A stretch of 63,642 bases of DNA, filler included, from Octopus bimaculoides (lineage: Eukaryota): assembly GCF_001194135.2 (NCBI RefSeq). It is 5 parts of 5 records of this genome, joined end to end, with 100 filler letters (N's around TTAATTAATTAA, not from the genome) between each part and the next. Parts side by side here need not be neighbours in the genome. Positions count along the whole stretch, not along the records: positions 20,677 to 33,867 come from NC_069001.1; positions 33,968 to 54,460 come from NC_068981.1; 3 more parts are not named here. The stretch is one strand, 5' to 3'. The number at the start of each line of letters is the position of its first letter. Position 1 is the first letter of the stretch. Below, one piece after another: positions 23,471 to 35,818 of the stretch. The position numbers and the translations under genes were made by a program. The notes beneath the pieces were generated by a model. The model was not told where the DNA came from, made no database searches, and saw only the letters and a list, made by a program, of their open reading frames with translations.

Positions 23471-24266
23471 GCTCGTTACAGGCTCTGCTACTTAGCTGTC
23501 CACAGCTCGTCCAAGTAGCTTACACTGACCGTAGAATGATTAAGTGTACACTGGACGCAGGTAGTACAGTTAAGAGAGGATCCGTCTATTCGAAGATGAA
23601 CAAGTCTAATTTGACTTGCGGAATCTTACCGTAGCTAGATTAAGGGATTAGTGCAGAGGGCGTTAACCGACGCTGTGGTTAACAACCGATGGTGGTTCGC
23701 CGTCAAAAGAGCCATTCGTTTTGAGTCTATTAGGTTTAGCCGTCAGCGAAGATTAGATAAGGCCAGAATAGAAGGGAAACTAGTTAAGGACCTATAGGGG
23801 GAGCTGTGGTTGGGCTCTACATCTCACATTTTGGCAGCGAGAAGGGCCTTGGACCGTCACCTCAAAGCCAATCACGAGGGGTGCAGAGTTCGGGCTAAAG
23901 TGCGCGCATTGGGCCGTGAGGGAATTAACGTTTCCGGATGGGCCCGTGCGGTAGAAACCCGGCGTGCCAATGATGCCACAATTACGTCTCTTGTCGATGA
24001 GGATGGGTGTTCGGACGAGGGACGGGACGAGATGTTCGAGACGCTTCAGAAGCACTTTGCCGAGTTGTTCAGGAGTGGTGGGACGCTGGATCATGGCGAC
24101 GCCCTTAGGGACTTCCTGTCTAGCGGCCCGCGTCTCTCGGCATGAGAGGCTGAGTGCTTTGAGGGGCCAAACACGGCCGAGGAGGTGATCGAGGTTCTGG
24201 GCGAATGCCCAGGGAAGAGGTCACCGGGTCTCGACGGTCTGCTTTATGGATTGTACAAAAGTATGC
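23470..24266 (+). mobile_element. Tx1/L1-clade ORF2 fragment (endonuclease end to pre-RT linker), with stops and frameshifts
   Basis: CPQLVQVAYTDRRMIKCTLD..RGSVYSKMN (APE end); ...HFAELF...EGPNTAEEVIEVLGECPGKRSPGLDGLLYGLYKSM (KSPGxDG motif before RT). Confidence 0.85.
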
Positions 24267-24725
24267 NNNNNNNNNNNNNNNNNNNNNNNNNNNNNNNNNN
24301 NNNNNNNNNNNNNNNNNNNNNNNNNNNNNNNNNNNNNNNNNNNNNNNNNNNNNNNNNNNNNNNNNNNNNNNNNNNNNNNNNNNNNNNNNNNNNNNNNNNN
24401 NNNNNNNNNNNNNNNNNNNNNNNNNNNNNNNNNNNNNNNNNNNNNNNNNNNNNNNNNNNNNNNNNNNNNNNNNNNNNNNNNNNNNNNNNNNNNNNNNNNN
24501 NNNNNNNNNNNNNNNNNNNNNNNNNNNNNNNNNNNNNNNNNNNNNNNNNNNNNNNNNNNNNNNNNNNNNNNNNNNNNNNNNNNNNNNNNNNNNNNNNNNN
24601 NNNNNNNNNNNNNNNNNNNNNNNNNNNNNNNNNNNNNNNNNNNNNNNNNNNNNNNNNNNNNNNNNNNNNNNNNCAGGCGGAAACTAAAAGAAGCCTGCTT
24701 TATATATATATATATATATATATAT

Positions 24726-24977
24726 AGGTAATCTTCAAGTTTAGGGGGATAAAAAAATAAATAAAAATATTCAAAGGTATAACTGAACGTCTTACCAGTA
24801 TTCTCTGTACACGTGAATTGATTGACGTTAGGGTTAGGATTAGGGTTAGAATTAGGGTTAGGGTGAGATTTATTTATAAACAGCTAGAAGAAAACTGATA
24901 ATACTGGTAAGTCGTTCAGTTATTTCCCTTGAATGATTTTATTTATTTTTTTATTCGCCTAAACTTGAAGATTACCT
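24726..24977. mobile_element. MITE with ~78-bp terminal inverted repeats and a central TTAGGG-like tract
   Basis: AGGTAATCTTCAAGTTTAGG at the left matches CCTAAACTTGAAGATTACCT at the right exactly; imperfect pairing continues to cttaccagtatt/aatactggtaag. Flanked by (TA)n. Confidence 0.88.
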
Positions 24978-24994
24978 ATATATATATGTTTGTT

Positions 24995-25203
24995 TGTGTG
25001 TATGTTTTTCGTTGTCCCCCTACCATCGCTTGACAGCTGATGTTGGTGTGTTTACGTCCCCCTAACTGAGCGGTTCGGCAAAGAGCTCGATAGAATAATA
25101 TAGGAATACAACGAGTAGGTCCTGGGGTTCATTTGTTCGACTGTAGGCCGTGCTCCAGCATCGCCGCCGTCAAATTACTGAAACAAATAAAAGAATAAAA
25201 GAA
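24995..25203 (+). mobile_element. SINE family C, 3' half
   Basis: accatcgcttgacagctgatgttggtgtgtttacgtcccc...gtgctccagcatcgccgccgtcaaattactgaaacaaataaaagaat. Confidence 0.85.
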
Positions 25204-26074
25204 TTTATATATATATATATAATTAATATGGATATACATATGTATTTTTGCACATACCCGTTTACGTATATGTCCACATATACATTAGTACCTATTTAAT
25301 TAAACTTTTTAAAAGTTAAACTTAATGTCTCGAAGCACATGGAAGATAATGCAACGTATATAGAAATATACAATTGTGTATGTACGTGTATGTATATATA
25401 AACATATATACAGACATTTATATAATCTTGAATACATTCATACCGATATNNNNNNNNNNNNNNNNNNNNNNNNNNNNNNNNNNNNNNNNNNNNNNNNNNN
25501 NNNNNNNNNNNNNNNNNNNNNNNNNNNNNNNNNNNNNNNNNNNNNNNNNCAAACACAAATATATATTTCCCTCACGTACGGACTGTATCCTCTATTTGTT
25601 TTCGTTTTAAACTCAATTTTTGCAGATATGTTTCTTTATTTAAATCATTGTTCGAATCTTTCCGTTATCTCTTTGATTACGTATAGACAATAAATATTAA
25701 AGATATGAAACCTAATCAGAGACAAAAAAATTCATTACTTGAAGGAAATAACGCTGTAATTCAAGTTTCTACTCATTTCTTGTTTATCATGGCATCCATT
25801 GTGATCGGACATTGTTTCCTATTTGTCGTCATTTTTCTTACAGATCTATCCTGTCGTGTCTACCTCTCGTCTGCTTTAACTCTCCTCACATATTTTATCT
25901 CATAATACTTTGTAATATACGTAGATTTTGTTCGTGTTTTCACAATCTTATTCTTCCACTTAGTATTTGCAGGCGACTTTTGGACAACCAAAAGGCGTCT
26001 TAAATATTTGGAAATGAAAGCAAAAAGATTATATTGAAAGGATATATCCTATCGTAGCCTAGACATCTGGGACA

Positions 26075-26110
<36 letters not shown>

Positions 26111-26145
26111 TATAAATGGATGTGTTATATATATATAAATGGATG

Positions 26146-26183
<38 letters not shown>

Positions 26184-26249
26184 GGATGTGTTATATATAT
26201 ATATATATGTGCACAAACACTCACACACATATATATGTATATATTATTA

Positions 26250-26607
26250 TATTTGTTTCAGTCTTTTGACTGTGGCCACGCTGGAGCAAATCGACCCTAG
26301 GACTTATTTTTTGTAAGCCCAGTATTTATTCTATCGGCCCCTTTTTCCGAATTGCTACGTCACGAGGACGTAAAATACCAACATCGGTTGTCAAGTGATA
26401 GTGGGGGAAAATACAGACACACACACACATATATTTATATATACGACGTACTTTTTTCAGTTTCTATCTACCAAATCCACTCACAAGGCTTTGGGCGGCC
26501 CGAGTTTATAGTAGAGGACACTTGCCGAAGGTCTCACGCAGTGGGACTGAACCCAGGTCCATGTGGTTGATAAGCAAGCTCCTTACCAGACGATCACACC
26601 TGTGCCT
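26250..26607 (-). mobile_element. SINE family C, full length
   Basis: Same head and tail motifs in reverse. Confidence 0.85.
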
Positions 26608-26699
26608 ATATACATTACCGAAAGAGATAGTATTAATACCGAAAAGTAATATTTATTCTCACTTAAATGTGGTGGTCGTGTTAGACTAAGGTATACTCG

Positions 26700-27289
26700 A
26701 CAGCAAGAGGTTATAGCGACTCATCTCACCGCCAAGCAATATATAGAAAATCAGTGCTGAACAAGCGGTTAGCCAGTTAAAAAGCCAGTTTAAAAGTGCG
26801 TATTAGCGACAGAGACAGCATTAATATCGAGAGGAAATATTTATTTCAACTTGAATGTGGATGTTCTGTTAGAACAAACGTTACTGCAGTAGGAACCATG
26901 AGAGAAAGTCTCATATTGGCTTTTTTTAAATGCACAATGCCCACCAGCGGGGAGATAAACACTCGCTAACTCCAGGGCCAAGACGATCAGATCAAGAGGT
27001 TCTGACCATGTTTGGTCTTGTCGATGATTGACACTCCACCGCTAGAAGTAGCGATTCTAGTGGGAATAAATATTAGGTGTAAATATATGATAATGTCGGT
27101 AAAAATAAGAGCAGCGCATCACAGGACCAATAACAGTGAAGTGACGAGCCATCTGGAAAATAGGAAATAAAAAATAAGGAAATAAGAAAATACGAAATCC
27201 CCATAAGTGTTGTCTGTTTAAAAAATGACGTCAGTGATACTAAAAATTCTATAAGCAATTTCTTATGCCTAGTTACTTTCCACCCACCT

Positions 27290-27295
<6 letters not shown>
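26700..27295 (-). mobile_element. Possible Tc1-like element, 5' portion
   Basis: Terminus-like CACGAGGTGGGTGGAAAGTAAC next to (TA)n, an ATGGCTCGTCAC start, and a SVNHRQ segment resembling the GSVxDRPR HTH linker; weak. Confidence 0.3.
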
Positions 27296-27337
<42 letters not shown>

Positions 27338-27433
27338 TATATATAAAGTTGACCAGTAACGTGGACATTTAATATGCTAGAAATAGACCACATGTTTTAT
27401 CTACTATGACCTAGTAGTTCTCAAAAGAAATTC

Positions 27434-27506
<73 letters not shown>

Positions 27507-30500
27507 TGAGACTGATTTAGATAGATAGATAGTGATAGGTTATATCTTTTCCATGCATTGTGAGAAGTGGGTGTTTATCATTCTGCAAGTTGTACCGATT
27601 ACAAATGGGATAATGTATACGTTTCTTCTAGGTCATAATTCAATAACTAAGATTGTCTAATTCCTGAGTAAACTACTTCGCCTCACCTCTGCACGCCATT
27701 ACAGTAACAGCGATTTGCTGTGTCAATTATGAATGGATTATTGTTCTTTGTCATGGCAAACGATGTCATGCTTTTAATGTGCTACCTATTGTTCCATTTG
27801 CATGATCAAATTTCATACGATATATTGTTCGTCTTTATTCATAGACAGGTAAATATTCGCAAGAATTACTGCGTAACTTTTATATCGGAAGTCTGAACTA
27901 GTTGACCTTAGCTATATGTCACAATTCTGGTTCTTTACATAATTTCTTTGCGATAATGTCGGACATGTTAATACAATGGGCGTAAATAGTATTAGGCAGC
28001 GAAACGAAGAAGTATTACGTCAACATTTACAATATATTATTATAACATAGACGTTATTCTACTTGTGTCTTCGTACTGATTGCTGCTTGTGTATCTATCA
28101 GACAGACTGCTTTAATTACTCATTTAAGTAATGGTCATGTATTGGCATATCATAATGGCATTCGCTGCTTGATTCCATTTTAGTTATTTCTACTCTTTCA
28201 GTACACGTTGCCGTCACTTGCTAGCGCGTTAGATTGTGTAATATATACCATGATTTTACTGATTGTTATAGGAACGTCTGTAGTCGCGTGCAGACATAGA
28301 GAACGCCGCGTCCCCTTTACGCTGTGGAACATCCAACATGCAGTAGACGGAGAGAGTGAGAACGACACGAATAACTCGAGGACACATCGAACCAAGCCTG
28401 CGTGGAATTGAGCCTAGAATCTTATGATCATTAGTAGAACACACCTACACACTATACATTGCCCTTTACGTCTTTACTACGTTAATGCTAGTCTACATTA
28501 AAAGTTTACTTGTTTAAATTATAATGCAGTTTCTTAAGAAAACTAAGTTAAATTTCTTACTATTTCATTGATCAAATACTTTTAAAGAGTTTGAGAGGCA
28601 ACATTAATGGCTCCCATATAATTTTGTAATCTATAGCAGCCATTTACAAATATAATATCCAGTGTATAAATAGGTTAAGTTCTAGTGTATCACTGCAATT
28701 TCGTTTGCCGTAGCTGCTTCGCAAAATATGTTAATATCATTGATGACACTCATCAAACGCCAAGGAATAGTTAATTCATTGTTTCTCTCTTTTGATTGTG
28801 TCTTATTATTCATTGTTTATTCTTGCCCGTTTCACTTTGCTCGGTATTAGTCTAATCTATGCCATATTATATTTAATATGCAGATATAACCAGCGTATAT
28901 ATTATCTCAATAAACTTGTATTTCGTGTGTCCGACTTATCTGTCTCATCCATTGTATTACGAAGTTTCTCCACGTCATTCTGTCTCCAAGTATGTCTTAA
29001 TGTTATTAATATACTTCATCAGAAACAAACAAAAAAATAACACCATACAAAATAAAATTCAAAATAGCGAAGAATTTCATGGATAGAATTTTGGGTCTTA
29101 TACGGAATTAAAGAGGCTAGCTATCTTCCATTTTCCCTTTTTTTTTAGGGATTTTCTTGGGAACATGAGCGAGTCTGACTTGCTATCATGTACCATGGAA
29201 TTTCTCAGCATTTTTCGGTGAGTTAATAATTAGAAGGACGCTAAGAAAATCTTGAAGTTGTTATCTTTCATAAAGCAGAACAACCCGGAGGTAACAGTTG
29301 GAGTGAAGGAGGGGTACACCCTCGAACTTATGTGCTAACTTAAATCTGAGTGGTATGAAGCAACACGAAACGAACTGCATTGCTCAAGGGTATAATACAC
29401 CACTTCGTCTAAGAATTCAACCGGGGACGTCATGGTTATAAAGCAAATTATATACAACGGTTAGGTTATAAACCAGTGTGTCGTGCTTCTTTTGCATTGC
29501 AAAAATTACGTAAATCGTTATCATTATCTGGGAGACAACGCAAAAATAAGGGCATTTGGATGGCTAAAAGCTGAAAATCGCTTAAAAATAATGCTACTTG
29601 GATGGCATGGCCAGACAGTGAAAACTGCTCACACCAAGCAGTAAAAAGGCTACTTGGATGGTCAGGCACTGAAGACTAAGGAGCTGGGCTGTAACATTGC
29701 TAGTGATTCGAACTGGGTAACTAATAAGCAAAATGCATTGGACAAACCTGCAACTGTCTTCAAGAATTTCAAACCTATGTAACCCAATTAGTCCATCCAT
29801 TAGTGTATCATCCTCCCATATATAAAATTTATATGCGAATGTGAGGGCAGAAAAAGCATACAAGTTTAGTAGGAGTTAGAAATATATAGATAGATAGGTA
29901 GATAGATAGAGAGACGGATAGGTAGATAGACGGACAGACGGATAGGTAGATAGACATACATTCAGAGAGAGCGCGAGCATTAGATAAACAGAGAGACAGA
30001 TATATAGATGGACAGATAGAAAGAAAGATAGAAAGAGACAGACAGAGCACATTTCCAGACGTTGACTACAAAGAATCTACCATTTCGAATGAGTTTTTAC
30101 CCATTTTCGTAATGTCTTTTTTTTTTTCTTTGTTGTTATTCTGACTGGTGTTGTCTTTCATACCTTCGGTATTGCTGTCAGTAAAATTGATGCCTTGCTT
30201 ATTATTAATGTTATTATTATTATTGTTTATGCTGTTATCATTGTCATCGTCAGTATTGTCATCGTTGTCTTATTTGTTGTCCTATTCATATATTTTCTTC
30301 TATTTCCACCATGTCTGTGTTTCTCCATCAGCTACTGCCAGATCAATTGTATCTTTCGATCTATTTCAGATCTTCATTTCTTACCAACACAACGAACGCA
30401 AACAGATTTTATATACAAATAAAACCACGGCCAAAAGCTCCCCTTATTCAGATAGCTTTCTACATTCTTTTTCCCCTTTTCTTATGTTTACCACACATTC

Positions 30501-31523
30501 TCTTATATATTAATTCCCTACTTTTCTTCTATTTTCATCGTGCATATCTTTCTCTCCATCTATCCATCCATTTAGCTATCATTCCTGCATCTATCTATAT
30601 ACGCGTGTTTTAAGAGAGTTTCTATATATATATATGTGTGTTTGTATCTATATGTAAGCTGTATGTACGCGTCATAATTTCACGTATATTTTCCTTATTT
30701 TATTTCTGACACGTTATTTTTAGTTCTAAGCAAAATTTCCGAGGTAGATTTAGCTTGATTATAAACAATTCTGAATGGAGATACGTTATTTGTTTTATTT
30801 TCTCTGAGATATATATTTTGTTTTAATTTTCTGTATGTATTTACGTTTAGGTGTTTTCATTTTGCTTAATGTGCTTTTTCTTTTCTTTTCTCTTGTTGTT
30901 GTTCTACTTCTGATGCAAACGTTTTATAAATAAGGAATTTGGCACGTACAGATCTGCTAATTATGGACAAACTAGCAGGAAATCTGCAACAAGAAGAATG
31001 TCGATCACATATATTTCTGTGAAATTCATCTATACATGAAGGCAGCATAAACACCGGACAAAAACAAAGAATATAGAAAATAGTGTATTATATGTGGAAA
31101 TGATTGAGAAACGATGTGCGAGCATATAACAGACGGAGATACTCAGGTTGATAGAGTAAGATTGTAAAAGGAAAGAGACAGAGCGAGACACAGAGGTACA
31201 GAGCAGGAGACAGAGAAAGACAGTTTGAGAAAGAGACACGCACACTTGGAGCGAAAGACACAACGAGAATCAGAGATACAGAGGTAGAAACAGAGAAACA
31301 CAAAACTAGAGAGTTAGTGAGTCACAGAGAGCGAGAGAGAGAGAGGGAGACTCAGAACGAGAGACGAAGATATATAGAACGAGAGACAGGGAGACACAGA
31401 GTGAGAGGGTGAGACAAAGGGTGAGAGAAGCAAAGAGATAGAGAGAAACTAAGAAAGAAAGCGAAGATAGGATTGAAAATGGTTATGCATATCTGTGTTA
31501 ATACTCACATATGAAAACATACG

Positions 31524-31567
<44 letters not shown>

Positions 31568-31715
31568 NNNNNNNNNNNNNNNNNNNNNNNNNNNNNNNNN
31601 NNNNNNNNNNNNNNNNNNNNNNNNNNNNNNNNNNNNNNNNNNNNNNNNNNNNNNNNNNNNNNNNNNNNNNNNNNNNNNNNNNNNNNNNNNNNNNNNNNNN
31701 NNNNNNNNNNNNNNN

Positions 31716-31980
31716 ACGTGTACCCTTAACTAGTTCTAGGGGATATTCAGCGTAACACAGTGTGACAAGGCTGGCCTTTAGAAATACAGGTACAACAGAA
31801 ACAGGAAGAAAGAGGGAGAGAAAGTTGTGGTGAAATAGTACAGCAGGGTTGGCCACCCCCGCCCCTACCGGAGGTTCGTGGATCATTGTTTTCGCTCAAT
31901 AAACACTCCCAACGCTCGGTCTGGGAATCAAAACCGCGATCCTATGACCGCGAGTTCGCCGCCCTAACTACTAGGCCATT

Positions 31981-31983
<3 letters not shown>
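31716..31983 (-). mobile_element. SINE family B, partial (runs into a gap)
   Basis: Homologous to the 9030-9412 copy: gtgtgacaaggctggcc...cagcagggtt...gtctgggaatc...gaccgcgag. Confidence 0.9.
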
Positions 31984-32016
<33 letters not shown>

Positions 32017-32789
32017 GAGGCAACAATCCCAGGGGTGCGTGGAATATTCGTCTCATTTTATTTAACATATACATGCTGATACAATCCCTGCATTAGACTC
32101 TTGACTCGTATTATTATCGACCCGAGAGTTTAAATGCGGTACTTTCATTGCACTTAAATAGCGTTGCCTGCTACCTTGAGTCATCTGGATACCAGTACCT
32201 CACATACCTTTACTTATAAGTGTGTGTGTGTGTGTAATGACTAAATAGGAATTTTGTACAAACAGCTACCGAAGGTTTCCTGGTCGAAATAATATATTTT
32301 GGCATGTATCAAGCTGATAAAAAAGACCGTTTGTCAGTAAACTTTTGTGTCGATAACGATTAAAGAGATACTGGTAAAGCAGCAAGCAAGAAGAAAAATA
32401 CAAGGGAGATAACCAACTTTACAAATAATATGCAGCTGTAAAGAAGCTGTTAATGGTTTATTAAGTGTCTACTTCTAAATTCCGACTAGTTGTATTTCTT
32501 GAAATGCGAACAGATAGTCGTGGGAGGTTCTAATTGATGAAATATATAGATCAATATAAAACTCCAATTGTTTTTATTTGTTTTATTCTAATCGAATGTA
32601 TATTTTATGTTTTTCTTATTATCGGTATATTACGTTTTACTTGATTTTAGTCTTTATATTATTTTATCAATCTTTATTCTTTAATTCTTATATACTTTAT
32701 TTCTTTATTTATACGAGAAACATTTGTTTTATTCTATCTCAGTTCAGTAATGGCAACAGAATGCTTTAATAGCTAAAATGCACTGTTAT

Positions 32790-33500
32790 AGAAATTAGCA
32801 AACTGGCAAGTAAAAAAAAAACAAACGGAGTACTTATTAGAAAAACCACCCGAGGAGACGCATCATCTGCACCTATGATGAATGGCATCTCACCTGTAAG
32901 GTAAGGGCTGCTTAATGAGTTGGAACGATGGTAGTGGTCTTGCGTAAAGAGTCTCGTAAATTCCATTTTCTGTTTCTCATATGTTTGAGAATATACTGAA
33001 CGTATGTGTCCAAAGAATGTTCAGTATGTTCTCTTGAAAAACTTGAGATCCTTCAACGGATACAGAAATTCGAGGAACGAGACATGTTCTCTATGTCCCT
33101 CTCATTGAGATTGAAACGGAAGGCACGTGTTTGCAAAGGGGATTTTTTTTAACCACAGAATCATGCTTGTAATATTTTTCAATTTGAAACAGCAGCTCTG
33201 GTTTTAAGATTAATCATCATGCGTGCACCAACATCGAAGACAACGTCAGACATCTCTAAAGTGATTCGAAATTTTATCGATATACATAACTACGCAACTA
33301 CTTTTACAGTAAATTCAATAGGCATTTCATAGAAAAGCCTTCCCGTCGTGAACATCAAATTTTTTTTTTAACGAGACATACTTTCCACTTCTCTCCGAGC
33401 ATAATCAATGTTGGGACTTATTTAATAATCTGTAGAGATAACCTTAATAAGTACTCTAGAGACTCCAGCAATGATTCCTGAAAAATATTACTAATACCTG
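32790..33500 (-). mobile_element. PIF/Harbinger transposase remnant
   Basis: In order on the minus strand: HDGK (AIDGK), ITLEMSDVVFDVGA (VDVGA), MPFIIGADDASP (ADDAFP), RVV...LLAS; heavily degraded. Confidence 0.5.
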
Positions 33501-33967
33501 TCTGACGTTAGCCATATCTGTGGTCCATATTTAAAAAAATTCATAGATATTAATATCTTTCCGCAGCGCAATCAATCAGATTTCATAAAATATACGTAGA
33601 TAACATTAAACCGCACAGCAGATAACTAATTAATTAAAACTCTTTCATGTATCTCTAGCTCTGATTTACGTCTTTCGTAATGGGCTTATTTCATAATATA
33701 GTTGCTTAGAGATCTACTGTATTTCAATTAACTTTATCGCCCTCATACCAAATTAAAATAGATGTGATTGAATTAAATCGACTATGTAGCAATTAACGTT
33801 ATAAATTTACAGAATATATGTGAATTATTTACAATATATGATATATATATATATATATATATATATANNNNNNNNNNNNNNNNNNNNNNNNNNNNNNNNN
33901 NNNNNNNNNNNTTAATTAATTAANNNNNNNNNNNNNNNNNNNNNNNNNNNNNNNNNNNNNNNNNNNN

Positions 33968-34254
33968 AATAGAGCTGATACAGTACGTGCGTGTCTTAAG
34001 TCATCTGCATTGCTAAGACATTGTTACAATTGTGAGAACAATAAAACAGCTTTTTCAGGGCCACCTCACATTCTATTGTTACCCACTTCTCAGAGTGCTG
34101 CATTGCTCTAGGCAAGGCTTTCTGTCCAGTTGCAAATTGATTGGTTGGTTTTCAACTTATAGCAATCTTTCCCTCAATAATCATAATTGAGTAGAATCAT
34201 CAACAGTACTTTAAAACAATTAAGCCCCGAGCAACGCCGGGCACTTCTGCTAGT
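33968..34254 (+). mobile_element. Non-autonomous Helitron, 3' terminus
   Basis: GC-rich subterminal hairpin gccccgagcaacgccgggc (34224-34242) followed 7 nt later by CTAG|T (34250-34254); the 5' end is lost in a gap. Confidence 0.7.
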
Positions 34255-34267
34255 ATATATATATGTG

Positions 34268-34470
34268 TGTGTGTTTGTTTCCCCACCATCATTTGACAAC
34301 TGATGCTGGTGTGTTTACGTCCCCGTAACTTTACAGTTCGGCAAAAGAGACCGCTAGAATAAGTACTAGGCTTACAAAGAATAAGTCCTGGGATCGATTC
34401 GTTCGACTAAATGTGGTGCTCCAACATGGCCGCAGTCAAATGACTGAAACAAGTAAAAGAATAAAAGAAC
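34268..34470 (+). mobile_element. SINE family C, 3' half
   Basis: ttgacaactgatgctggtgtgtttacgtccccgtaac...catggccgcagtcaaatgactgaaacaagtaaaag. Confidence 0.88.
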
Positions 34471-35195
34471 ATGTATTAAATCGACTAATTCTAATGACTA
34501 TTTCTATTTACGAACCGATTAGGTAAGATAGAGAAGATGTCTATAGGTATGACTCTGTTAGGAAATAAGAGTAAATGAGAGGTATGTGTGTCAATAAAGG
34601 ATAAACTTTGTTTTCTCACAGTACACTTTTGTTTATATGCAGTGGAGGAGACATGAATTTACACTCGTTGAGTGTAAGTTCATCTCATGCTGAATATAGT
34701 TGTCTGTATTATTGTATAGCATAAATATTTCCTTTTTGTTAGTCCAGCACTCCCTTGATGACAAGTCGAATCGGTCAGCACCTTTAGTTAAATCTTCCAT
34801 CGTGTAATTCAAAAGCAAACGAAGTCAAATTTGAATGTTTCTTATGCATTCCCATCGCCCACAGATTAAGATTTTATCATTCACAGGAGGGTGCTAGTAA
34901 CCGCCCCACACATACACATACACACCAGGCTGGAAAACAAATATTATATACGACGACTATATTCAATATGAGGTGAGAGTTCAACGGGTGTAAGTCTAAT
35001 ATTATACACAGTTATGTTACCGTTGACATTTAAACAAACGTGTGGTGTGAGGAAACAAGACATTTTATCTTTTATTGATAGATAGATACACTCCTCATTT
35101 TACTGTCACTTCCTAACAGATTCATATCAATATATATCTTCACAATCTCTTCCATTCTGTTCGTAAATAAAAATAATTACAGGAACTGGTCGATA

Positions 35196-35242
<47 letters not shown>

Positions 35243-35342
35243 NNNNNNNNNNATCGACCAGTTTCGCTCACCTTACTTCCCTCCTCTTTTCCTTTCCTAC
35301 AACACATGGAACTTCGAAGGACAGTTAATTTTAAAATATACA

Positions 35343-35575
35343 TAGGCTTGGACATGACGGTGTGGTCAAGAAGTTAGCTTTACAACCACGTGGTTTCAGG
35401 TTTAGTCACACTGAGACACCTTGGGAAAGTACCTTCTACTATAATCCCAGACCGATCAATAGTTGAAGCAACAGTGTGGAAGCCCATCACATATACGTAC
35501 ATAAATGTGTGTTGCCTGTGTATGTATCTGTTTGTCCCAACCCACCGTTTGACAATCGATGTTTGATTATTTAAG
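35343..35575 (+). mobile_element. SINE family C, 5' part
   Basis: gtgtggtcaagaagttagctttacaaccacgtggtttcaggtttagtc...caccttgggaaagtaccttctactata. Confidence 0.75.
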
Positions 35576-35603
35576 CCCCCCACCGCCGTTATTAGAGGTT
35601 CGA

Positions 35604-35818
35604 AAGGCGGCGAGCGGGCAAAATCGTTAGCACGACGAGTAAAATGCATAGCGGCATTTCGTCCGTCTTTCTCTTCTGAGTTCAAATATCACCGGGATCG
35701 ATTTTACCTTTCATCCTTTCGAGGTCGATAAATTGAGTACCAATGAGACACTGGGTCGATGTAATCGACTAGTCCCTTCTCCCAAAATTTCAGGCCTTGT
35801 GCTTTTTAGTAGAAAGAT
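35604..35818 (+). mobile_element. SINE family A, diverged full-length copy
   Basis: aaggcggcgagcgggcaaaatcgttagc...ttctgagttcaaat...gtcgataaattgagtacc...caggccttgtgc. Confidence 0.85.

Noticed and set aside
24828-24863. Chromosome end or telomere
   Set aside because: Only six degenerate units, enclosed in a MITE.
27620-27990. Possible Helitron helicase remnants (also 37380-37560)
   Set aside because: Only vague motif resemblance (QIAVTV; IFS..ALS); too degraded to support without an HMM search.
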